From an uncultured Phycisphaerales bacterium (GTDB lineage Bacteria; Planctomycetota; Phycisphaerae; Tepidisphaerales; Tepidisphaeraceae), in assembly GCA_963758525.1 (NCBI GenBank), contig CAVWVQ010000003.1, forward strand, positions 1,600,001 through 1,664,000: a stretch of 64,000 bases of DNA, given 5' to 3'. The notes beneath the pieces were generated by a model. The model saw nothing but the letters and a program-made list of their open reading frames with translations, had not been told where the DNA came from and did no database searches. Made by a program: the position numbers and the translations under genes. Positions 11,834-20,126 of this stretch are shown piece by piece. How positions within the stretch are numbered: position 1 is the first letter of the stretch; each line of letters begins with the position of its first letter.

Positions 11834-12043
11834 AACTCATAATCATTGTCGAACCACCGCGTCCGCATGTAGACTCAAATTTCACCGCGTTACCAATCGC
11901 TTCGTTTATCGAGAGGTCGTCAAGCACACGCGCGCCGAGCCTTCCCTGCGAAGCACGCTTGGCGCAGGTCGGGGCTGCAGCCAACGCACAAATTCATGAA
12001 GGCAGCTCGTGGCTTGGCCCGCGCCGTCGGGTAAAATGCGAAT

Positions 12044-12637
12044 ATGACTGCGGCAAAGAAGCTGAACGTCACCTCGGAGGACGATTACCTCGCGTCCGAA
12101 CTCACCTCAGAGATCAAACACGAATATCTCGGCGGCGTGGTGTACGCCATGGCCGGGGCGCGGAACCAACACAACCGGATTGCCACGAGGGTTCTAGGCA
12201 TGCTGTTTGGTCGGCTGAGCGGAAAGCCGTGCCAGCCATGCAATTCGGATACGAAGATCCGGGTCCGGATGCCGGGGCACACGAGATACTACTACCCCGA
12301 CGCGTCGGTGGTCTGCCAGCCAAACCCTCCAGGCGATTCGTTCGAGGACCAGCCGGCGGCGGTCTTCGAGGTCCTGTCGCGGGGGACCCGGCGTATCGAC
12401 GAAGGGGAGAAGAAGGATGCCTATCTGACCATTCCATCGCTGGCCGTTTACGCGCTCATCGAGCAGTCGTCGCCGACCATCGTTATCTATCGGCGGACGG
12501 GTCAGCAATTCGTCCCCGAAGTGTACGAGGGGATCGACGCGGTCGTTCCGCTCCCGGAAATCGGAGCAGACCTTCCGTTGGCGGAGATTTATCAGGGAAT
12601 GAATTTTCTGCCTGAAGCGGATGAATCGGACTGTTAA
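12044..12637 (+). CDS. Uma2 (DUF820) family endonuclease-like protein
   Basis: KHEYLGGVVYAMAGA…HNRI, YYPDASVVC, FEVLSRGTRRIDEGEK. Confidence 0.9.
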   Translation: MTAAKKLNVTSEDDYLASELTSEIKHEYLGGVVYAMAGARNQHNRIATRVLGMLFGRLSGKPCQPCNSDTKIRVRMPGHTRYYYPDASVVCQPNPPGDSFEDQPAAVFEVLSRGTRRIDEGEKKDAYLTIPSLAVYALIEQSSPTIVIYRRTGQQFVPEVYEGIDAVVPLPEIGADLPLAEIYQGMNFLPEADESDC

Positions 12638-12691
12638 CAGGCGGTAGAACTGAAAACCGGTAGGACATCCTGGACCAACTGCAGAGGGCTT

Positions 12692-13240
12692 ATGCACGCT
12701 TTTATTCGCGGGTCTTTGTTCATCATCGTCACAGGCATGATCAGCGGGTGTGGTTCGGTCATGGGGCCAAAATCCGACGCGCCGACGTCAACGCCCGCGG
12801 ATAAAGTTGCAGACGCCAATACCTGCGTGATGCAATCCGCCGGCGTCAACGTGCTGCGGCTGACAATGTCGCCCGACACGAAATGCGCAGCTCAGGACGG
12901 CCTGCTCAAGTTCAAATCCCCGCAATTTGAAATCGAAGTGTGGCTGGTGCCCGCAGCGCAGACTGTGGACGAGGCGATCGGCCGCCTCGACACACAGATC
13001 GCAAGCGAGTTCAAGGATTTCAAGGCTGACAGCACGACCGACTTGAGCGTTGCCGGCGCTCCCGCAAAGCGATTGGTCGGCAAGGGCCATGAAGCCGACG
13101 ATGGTGACAACGGCGACGCCGACATCATTGTGTTCAAAGTCGGCGGCCACGTATTCGTCGCCTGCACCCACGATGAGCGTCTGAACCCCCCTGCCCGTCA
13201 AGGGTTGCTAACGCTGGTGCAAACCGCCGAAGCGCCGTAG
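12692..13240 (+). CDS. Hypothetical lipoprotein
   Basis: Signal peptide with ISGC lipobox; coding-like composition. Confidence 0.65.
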   Translation: MHAFIRGSLFIIVTGMISGCGSVMGPKSDAPTSTPADKVADANTCVMQSAGVNVLRLTMSPDTKCAAQDGLLKFKSPQFEIEVWLVPAAQTVDEAIGRLDTQIASEFKDFKADSTTDLSVAGAPAKRLVGKGHEADDGDNGDADIIVFKVGGHVFVACTHDERLNPPARQGLLTLVQTAEAP

Positions 13241-13259
13241 AAAGCGGTTGGGTTGATGA

Positions 13260-14330
13260 TCAGGCCGCGGCGCTGACGACGCCCATCTGCGAAGCGAAGA
13301 GCTGGGCGGCGGTGACGGTCACAATCCCATCGCTGGGGTTGGAGTTGTTGGTCACCCCGTCCACGCCCCAGGGGTTGCGGAGGACCACGTCGGTTCCGGT
13401 TCCACTCGGATCGGCCACGGTGGCGACCACTTCGTAGGCATGACTGCCGATCAGGGGAGCGCCCTGGGCGGGGGTATTGATGCCGATCGTCACGGCGTCG
13501 TTGGCGTTCAACTGGTTCTGAATCGTGTTGACCAGGGCAGTGGCGTCGCTGCTGCTGTAGAACCCGGTGCTGGCCACGTTGAAGGTGCTGAAGGCTTCGG
13601 TCATCCAGCCGCTGTTCAGCGAGGCATAGCTGTTGGCGCCGGTGCGAACTTCGGCAAAAGCCTTCTCCATGATCGCAACCCAGGTCGAACCCTGCTGCCC
13701 CAGGCCGGCATAGGCCAGGGCGCCGTTGCTCAGGGTCGGAAGGTTGCCATCGACGTGAACATATTCGGGGGTCGAACCTTTGAAGATCTGAACCACATAC
13801 GTCCCGTCGCTCTCCGCGACGATGCTCTTCTCGATCCGGGCCGGGTCAACCTTGGCGATCGCCGCCAGGGTCGAGAGGTAGTAGCAGTCGCCCAGTTCGC
13901 CCTGGTGGATGTCATCCTGCGTCGGGCCGTTGGAGGCAAACAGCGGACGGCTCGAGAAGTTCGTCTCGGTCGTCCCGCTGACCGAAACGGCGGGCTCGGC
14001 AGCAACCGGAGCCGCAGCGGCGATCGTCCAGCCGGTCGTCACGACGGTGGTCGTGGTGGTCGTCGTGGTGGTGGTCGTCGCAATCGTCTTGGACAGTTTC
14101 GCGGTCTTGCTGGGCTTGGCCGGCTTGGCGGGTTTCGCCGGTTTCACGGGCTTGGCCGGCGTCTTGTGCGCGGGAGTCACTTTCTTGGAGACATGCGCGC
14201 TGCCGACATTCAGGGTAATCTCGTGCAGGCCGGCTCCGATCGGCTGGCCGACAGTCAGGAGGCTTCCCGAGAGCAGTTCCCGGGTCTCGAGGGCTTCAAT
14301 CACCGCGGTGCTGATCGTGTTGTTTCGCAT
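13260..14330 (-). CDS. Exported calpain-like (C2) cysteine protease
   Basis: LETRELLS motif; QGELGDCY, SHAYEV, LRNPWG catalytic motifs; KPA and poly-T linker; purine-rich RBS before ATG 14330. Confidence 0.88.
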   Translation of the reverse strand: MRNNTISTAVIEALETRELLSGSLLTVGQPIGAGLHEITLNVGSAHVSKKVTPAHKTPAKPVKPAKPAKPAKPSKTAKLSKTIATTTTTTTTTTTVVTTGWTIAAAAPVAAEPAVSVSGTTETNFSSRPLFASNGPTQDDIHQGELGDCYYLSTLAAIAKVDPARIEKSIVAESDGTYVVQIFKGSTPEYVHVDGNLPTLSNGALAYAGLGQQGSTWVAIMEKAFAEVRTGANSYASLNSGWMTEAFSTFNVASTGFYSSSDATALVNTIQNQLNANDAVTIGINTPAQGAPLIGSHAYEVVATVADPSGTGTDVVLRNPWGVDGVTNNSNPSDGIVTVTAAQLFASQMGVVSAAA

Positions 14331-14806
14331 GGCTCTTCCCTTCCGATTTCCTGCCGCACGACTGGCAACGTCAGCGGCGAAAATGAAATCCAATACATTG
14401 GGAAGAGAGGCAAATCGGATTCTTTGGGTTCCTCGGGCCCGATAAAAACGTGGATCAAAAAGCGCGGAAGCGGTGCCCCGGTTCGATGATGCGTTTGGAA
14501 AGATGATCGAGGGCCCGGTGGGTCGGAACACCGGCTGCCAGCAAAGCCACGGATGGCCATCCGTGGGTCTTCTTCACGAACGATGTTCACGAGGTAGACC
14601 GACGCGGCCGCTCCATCATTCGATATCAGAATGGGTCTTCCGCTGGCGAAGATCCATCGGAGAATGAACTTTCACCTGAAGCAGATGAAATCGGACGGGG
14701 GAAGGAGGGTACCGTCTGAAAGGGGCGGACGGGCGGTCCTTCATACGCTCCATCGCGGAGGCGACGCTTGCGATCCGATAGGCACTAAAGCGGGGCGTTG
14801 GTTCAT

Positions 14807-15217
14807 TTACTGCCGGATCGGGTCGCGCGGAAACACGCCGGCTCGGATCCAAGCTGTGCGCAATTCGACACGGTGAGTTGGCGGCTATGACGTACTCTGT
14901 TGTTCGGCCGATCGCGGTTCGCCCGACAAGGAGCGCGCCGTTCCAACGGAAGCGTTGGTTCCATACATTCACGCGCGGATGGAAGAGGCGGGTAAGCGCC
15001 TTTGTTTTTGGGTCGATTCCGGTGATGTTCGGGCCTTGTGCAAACTGCACTCGGGGCACGCGAGAGCCAGGTTGTCCTCCGTGGTTTGGCCACCGTGCTG
15101 GCGGGCGATGATGTGGTCAAGCGGGAATGGGAGATGGGAGAGGGACTCAGGTGATCGGCAATACTCGCAGAAACCGCCCGCGCGCCGGCGTACAGTGGAT
15201 TCGGCTTTACGGTTCAT
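14807..15217 (-). pseudogene. HNH endonuclease with two frameshifts
   Basis: VRRRAGGFCEYC…DHIIARQHGG…NLALACPEC, continuing in other frames as GPNITGIDP…LFHPR…GRTAIGRTT and WIRAGVFP. Confidence 0.8.
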
Positions 15218-15223
15218 CAGCGT

Positions 15224-15496
15224 TTAAGCCGTCTTTCGGGGAGACTGGAGCGACAGCCGCGCTTTGGCCTGCAGCAACATCAGCGCCGTGTTCGCCTGCA
15301 CGAGGCTTTCAAGTTCCTCGCGCTCGCTGATTTCCAGGTCAGACTGATCTTTGGAAGCCAGCCGCTTGTAGCGTTGGAGGTCTGAGGGGGCAAAACCAAG
15401 TGACAAAATGAAACGCGCTGCCTCGGGCGGCATGTCCGCGATGCCTGGCGCGACAATCCGGTTCCAAATCGACTGCGATTGAGCGGCGACAGACAT
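15224..15496 (-). CDS. Small helical protein upstream of the HNH gene (putative antitoxin)
   Basis: 90 aa, 6 nt from the HNH start; PEAARFILSL…EREELESLV…LLQAKAR. Confidence 0.65.
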   Translation of the reverse strand: MSVAAQSQSIWNRIVAPGIADMPPEAARFILSLGFAPSDLQRYKRLASKDQSDLEISEREELESLVQANTALMLLQAKARLSLQSPRKTA

Positions 15497-15711
15497 GCTG
15501 CAGTCATTCCTTCCTTGTGCTTCTGCTATAGCCGACACCGAATTGTAGCAGCCCCCCCGGGAAATCGCTCAGCTTCTTGCCGGTTGGGGGGCCGGACATG
15601 TACCACCTCGACTGAATGGTCGTTAAAGAACCGCATTGATAATTAGATCATGGGCCTTGATGCGACGATGTTTTCGCTGTTTTTCTGACAGCCCATCGCT
15701 ACACTGATTTC

Positions 15712-16437
15712 ATGCCCGTACACGACTGGAGCCGGGTCGACGCCGCAACGTTTCATGCTTTTCACACGGCTTGGATAACTCATCTCAGCGAAACGCTGAA
15801 TGGGGGGATTCTGCCCGACGGATACTATGCGATGCCCGAGCAGCACGCTGGCCGGTGGATCGCCGACGTACTTACCCTACAGACTCAAGTGGCGCGACCA
15901 CAGTCCCGCGCCGATGACGTGGGAGTTGCGGTTGCTGACGCTCCTCCTCAGGTCCGCCAGAGACTGGTTTCACCTCCTTCGGCTCGCGCGGTGCGCCGCA
16001 CTTTGGCGATACGACACGTCAGCGGACATCAGATCGTCGCCCTGATCGAAGTGATTTCGCCTGCCAACAAAGACCGAGCCACGCACGTCCGCGACTTCAT
16101 CGACAAGGCCGAGAGCGCGCTGGCGCTCGGGATCCATGTGCTGATGGTCGATCTGTTTGCCCCCGGCCCGTTTGATCCCATGGGCATGCACTGGGCGCTC
16201 TGGGAGCGTTTGGTGGACGAACTGTCGCCGCATTTGGAGCGTGAACCCCTCACGCTCGCATCATACCTGGCAGGGCCGCAACCGGAGGCGTATCTCGAAT
16301 ACCTGTCCGTGGGCCTGCCGCTTGCGCCAATGCCGCTGTTTCTGAATCCCGACCGCTATGTCAGCGTGCCGCTGGAATCGACCTATTCCCTCGCGTTTCG
16401 CGGCCTGCCGGCTGTCTGGCGCCAGGTGCTGGAGTAG
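15712..16437 (+). CDS. DUF4058-like protein
   Basis: MPVHDWSRVDAATFHAFH, VALIEVISPANK, LGIHVLMVDL, PLFL…VPLESTY. Confidence 0.8.
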   Translation: MPVHDWSRVDAATFHAFHTAWITHLSETLNGGILPDGYYAMPEQHAGRWIADVLTLQTQVARPQSRADDVGVAVADAPPQVRQRLVSPPSARAVRRTLAIRHVSGHQIVALIEVISPANKDRATHVRDFIDKAESALALGIHVLMVDLFAPGPFDPMGMHWALWERLVDELSPHLEREPLTLASYLAGPQPEAYLEYLSVGLPLAPMPLFLNPDRYVSVPLESTYSLAFRGLPAVWRQVLE

Positions 16438-17036
16438 GTATGGTCGTATCGCTCGGGGCAAGCGTGCCCGGTTCCCATTGAACACGCATTTCGCAGTTCC
16501 GCGAAGAGCTTTGCCAGGGAGACTGGCGTCTGATGGGCATTGAGCCCGCTGGGATTGGGCAGCACCCAGATGCGTGTTTGCCCGATGGCTTCCGCCTGCA
16601 ATCCCAGCGCGGCTTTTTTTCGACCAAAGCCCGTGCGATAGGCGCCGATGCCAAGGATCGCCAGCATCGCCGGCTGGTACTTCCGCACAGTTTTCTGCAA
16701 ACGCAACGCTCCTGCGATCAATTCCGCGTCGGACAATTCCGCGGCCGTCGCGGTGGTGCGGTTCACGAAGTTAGTGATGCCGTAGCCATAGGAGAGCAGT
16801 TCCGCCTCCTCGAAGGGCTTCAACAACCGTGGCGTGAATCCGCCCGCATGCAACGCCGGCCAAAACCGGTTTCCCGGCCGCGCGAAATGGTGCCCGGTCG
16901 CCCCCGACCAGAGCCCGGGATTGATTCCGCAAAACAGAACCTGCAAATCCGTTGCGATTAAGTCGGGAATCGACTTGTCCTTCGCAGCCAGCAATTCAGA
17001 GGGGGTCGGCTTGGGGGTTGGTACCGATGTTTTCAT
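16383..17036 (-). CDS. mug: G/U mismatch-specific DNA glycosylase
   Basis: VLFCGINPG, HHFARPGNRFW, GITN, LPNPSGLN; the C-terminal extension overlaps the neighbouring gene. Confidence 0.9.
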   Translation of the reverse strand: MKTSVPTPKPTPSELLAAKDKSIPDLIATDLQVLFCGINPGLWSGATGHHFARPGNRFWPALHAGGFTPRLLKPFEEAELLSYGYGITNFVNRTTATAAELSDAELIAGALRLQKTVRKYQPAMLAILGIGAYRTGFGRKKAALGLQAEAIGQTRIWVLPNPSGLNAHQTPVSLAKLFAELRNACSMGTGHACPERYDHTYSSTWRQTAGRPRNARE

Positions 17037-17505
17037 GGTCGAATCGTAGGCCACGCATGAAGTCCTCCGCCCTCAGCACACTCAGTCTTGGAAGTCTTCG
17101 CCTGAGGCGCTTGGCAGCCTCGTCATGCCCGGTGGTCAGGGCAAGCAGATCGTTGTCCGCCGTGATCAAGTGAGTGGCATCGCCCGCGATCGCCAGCTCC
17201 AGAAACGACTCGTCTCGCGGGTCGCGCGGAAGACGGAATCGGTTTGTGATTCGGCGGTAAAAGTCGCTCACGTATCGCAGCCGCTCCGGTGACGCGGCAA
17301 TCTCAGGCCGGTCAAGCTCCGGTACCGCTCGACCAGCTCCGGGCGGGCCAGGACCGCTCGATACTCATCAAGAGTGGGTGAGCTTAATAAGGGAACGCCG
17401 GGTCTGACAGGCCGTGACAATCCGACCAGACGCCGAGTTGACGTTGATGAAAGCACGGACGATCGTGCTGGTATCGAGGACTAGACGATGAGTGCTCCCG
17501 GGCAC
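16996..17505 (-). pseudogene. PIN-domain toxin with several frameshifts
   Basis: RLVLDTSTIVRA / LDEYRAVLARP / PRDPRDESFLELAIAGDATHLITADNDLL in different frames. Confidence 0.78.
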
Positions 17506-17510
17506 GCGGG

Positions 17511-17690
17511 TCAACCTCGTCGCCGTTTCTCGTCATGGTAAGCGGTTCTGGCCTTATCGACCAAGACGTCGATCTCGCTCTCGTCCGTCTCCCGCCCCGG
17601 TCCGAGAAGCTCCTCGAACGAGGTATTCTTGGCGCGCTCTGAAGTGGCGAGGTCTTCCTCCACGAGGTGTCGTAAATACTGCTGCGGTGT
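17511..17690 (-). pseudogene. 5'-truncated antitoxin remnant
   Basis: Frame reads TPQQYLRHLVEEDL…SFEELLGP…EIDVLVDKAR…RG* just before the PIN start; no start codon. Confidence 0.55.
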
Positions 17691-17754
17691 GTCGCGTAAG
17701 TTCCGCGATCCATTCCACGGACAGATTCATGTCAACGATGATCTGCACGCTCAA
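17688..17754 (-). pseudogene. DUF5615-like PIN toxin, first ~22 codons only
   Basis: IIVDMNLSVEWIAEL, overlapping the DUF433 stop. Confidence 0.7.
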
Positions 17755-17978
17755 GTGATGACCAGCGGTTCTTCCCGCTCTTCCATCCGCCAGGCCGCGT
17801 ACGCCAAAACCGCGTCAATGTCTGCGGCCTCGAGGTAAGGATACGCATGCAGAATTCGCTCGCGGGAATGGCCGGCTGCCAGCAAACCCAGGATGGTGCC
17901 GACGGTTACTCGAAGACCGCGGATACAGGGCTTGCCACCCATGACGGCCGGATCGTGGGTGATGCGAGAAATCTGCAT
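17751..17978 (-). CDS. DUF433 antitoxin
   Basis: RITHDPAVMGGKPCIRGLRVTV…YPYLEAADIDAVLAYAA. Confidence 0.92.
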   Translation of the reverse strand: MQISRITHDPAVMGGKPCIRGLRVTVGTILGLLAAGHSRERILHAYPYLEAADIDAVLAYAAWRMEEREEPLVIT

Positions 17979-18193
17979 GACCTACATTTTATCACGCTCG
18001 TCGCCAGATGCGACAGCGACGGCTGGAATGCACGTCATCAATCTTCAGGATTTCCAGCCGGGGATCACTTGCGGCAGTCGCCGGGACTCTGAGATTATGC
18101 ACTGGGGGATGCTGAAGCTGACAGGCGTCGTGATTCGTCACCCGGATTGGCAGCGCAAAGCACCCGCGGCTCCGATGGCTGCGAAAAACCCGG

Positions 18194-19711
18194 CTACTCC
18201 ACGGCCGTGCCGGCCAGCATGCTATGCTTTCTACCGTAGAAAAAATAGACGGCCAATCCGATCCCCAGCCAGATGATCAGCCGCCACCAGTTTTCCACCG
18301 GCAGAGAAAACATCAGCAACGCGCAGGACATAAACCCGAGAATCGGGAACAGCGGCCCCAGGGGAACTCGGAAGGGACGTTTGGCGTGCGGCTGTGTCCT
18401 GCGCATGATCGGCACGGCCGTGCAGACGATCAGGAACGCAAAGAGGGTGCCGATGTTGGTCATCTCCGCGAGCAAACTTAATGGCAGGAGCCCGGCCATT
18501 GTGGCGACGAATAGGCCGGTCAGGATGGTCGAGATCCACGGCGTGCGAAATGTCGGGTGGATCGCGCCGAAGAAGCGTTTGGGAACCAGCCCGTCGCGGG
18601 CGAGCGCCAGCATCACGCGCGGCTGACTGAGCATCAGCACCAGCAGCACCGAGGTGATGCCGGTCATCGCGGCCCCGGCAACCAGATATTGCATCCACGT
18701 CAAACCGGCTCGGCGAAAGGCGTCGACCACTGCCGCGTCGCGGTCGATCTGGGTGCTGGGAACCATCCCCGTCAGCACGATAGCAACGCCGATGTAGAGG
18801 ACCGTGCAGATGATCAGCGAGGCGATGATGCCGATGGGCACATCGCGCGAGGGGTTCCGCGCCTCTTCCGAATGAACGGAGACCGAGTCGAAACCGATAT
18901 AGGAAAAGAAGATGATTCCGGCTCCAGCGAGCATCCCCAGCGGCTGGCCATTGGGCGCGGCATGTCCAGCCAGCGTGTGGCCGAAAAAAGCGATGCCGGT
19001 GTATCCGAAGGGGGCGAACGGATGGTAGTTGGACGACTTGATGTAAAACGCGCCGATCCCGATCACCATCAGCACGACGAGCAATTTCACCACCACCATG
19101 ATGGCATTGAACGTCGCGCTTTCCCTGATCCCTTTGACCAGCACTACGGTCAGAGCAAACGTGATCAGCACCGCAGGCAGATCGATGATGGCGCCCGTCG
19201 CGACAAACCCCGCGCGGGCATGGCCGCCGCCGGGTTGCAGCAGATAATCGAACGGCGCTCGAGCCAGCGCCGCGGGAAGATATTTCCCCAGTCCAAACAG
19301 CGGCGCGAACTGCTGAAAATGCGCCGACCACCCGTGCGCCACGGTCGCCGCCCCCACCGCATATTCCAGCACCAGATCCCACCCGATGATCCACGCCAGC
19401 AGTTCCCCGAGGGTGGCATACGCGTACGTGTACGCCGATCCCGCCACCGGCACCATCGACGCCATCTCCGCATAACACAATGCCGCGAACACGCACGCGA
19501 TCCCCGCCACGGCAAACGAAACAATGACCGCCGGCCCCGTGCGATCGTGCGCCGCCTCGCCGATGAGAATGAAAATCCCCGTGCCGATGATCGCCCCCAC
19601 GCCCAGCGCCGAGAGCTGCACCGGCCCGAGGATGCGATGCAGCGTGTGCTCCGATTCTCTTTCGTCCCGTAATTGGTCGAACGGTTTGGTCCTGAAAAGC
19701 TGGCGGATCAT
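18194..19711 (-). CDS. APC-family amino acid permease
   Basis: LGVGAIIGTGIF, CYAEMASMVPVAGSAYTY, FFSYIGFD, EEARNPSRD; multiple TM helices. Confidence 0.95.
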   Translation of the reverse strand: MIRQLFRTKPFDQLRDERESEHTLHRILGPVQLSALGVGAIIGTGIFILIGEAAHDRTGPAVIVSFAVAGIACVFAALCYAEMASMVPVAGSAYTYAYATLGELLAWIIGWDLVLEYAVGAATVAHGWSAHFQQFAPLFGLGKYLPAALARAPFDYLLQPGGGHARAGFVATGAIIDLPAVLITFALTVVLVKGIRESATFNAIMVVVKLLVVLMVIGIGAFYIKSSNYHPFAPFGYTGIAFFGHTLAGHAAPNGQPLGMLAGAGIIFFSYIGFDSVSVHSEEARNPSRDVPIGIIASLIICTVLYIGVAIVLTGMVPSTQIDRDAAVVDAFRRAGLTWMQYLVAGAAMTGITSVLLVLMLSQPRVMLALARDGLVPKRFFGAIHPTFRTPWISTILTGLFVATMAGLLPLSLLAEMTNIGTLFAFLIVCTAVPIMRRTQPHAKRPFRVPLGPLFPILGFMSCALLMFSLPVENWWRLIIWLGIGLAVYFFYGRKHSMLAGTAVE

Positions 19712-19782
19712 GTTCCGCGCAGTGTAAATGACCTTACCCAGCCGGCATAATCCAAGCGATACATTCACAGGGAAGACCATTT

Positions 19783-20031
19783 ATGCCAGCCACCACCATT
19801 CGCATTCGTTCGGCATCGCATCAGGCGCTCAAGGAGTTGGCGGCGATGAGCGGGCGCTCCCTTCAGGACGAACTCGACCGGGCTGTCGAACAGCGGCGGC
19901 GAGCTGTTTATCTTGAGGGGCTCAAGGCGGACTATGCAGCGCTGCAGCAGGATCCGAAGGCCAGCGCCGACTTTCAGAAGGAGGTTGCGCTGTGGGATGC
20001 TGCAAGCGGTGACGGCTTGGAGAAGTTGTGA
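19783..20031 (+). CDS. Ribbon-helix-helix antitoxin-like protein
   Basis: TTIRIRSASHQALKELA…WDAASGDGL; GTGA overlap with a MazF-like remnant. Confidence 0.75.
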   Translation: MPATTIRIRSASHQALKELAAMSGRSLQDELDRAVEQRRRAVYLEGLKADYAALQQDPKASADFQKEVALWDAASGDGLEKL

Positions 20032-20126
20032 CGGCAGCTCCGTTGCGCGGGGAAATCGGAGTAGTCTCAGCGGTCGTAGTGGCGGAAGTGGAGCGACGGC
20101 TGAAGTTCCTGTTGGACTTATCTTGA
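20028..20126 (+). pseudogene. PemK/MazF toxin with an internal deletion (32 aa)
   Basis: MTAAPLRGEI joined to GVVSAVVVAEVERRLKFLLDLS, resembling the two termini of MazF. Confidence 0.7.

Noticed and set aside
11880..11915. EAIGNAVKF kinase N-box-like peptide on the minus strand
   Set aside because: Isolated short match with no surrounding domain; likely chance
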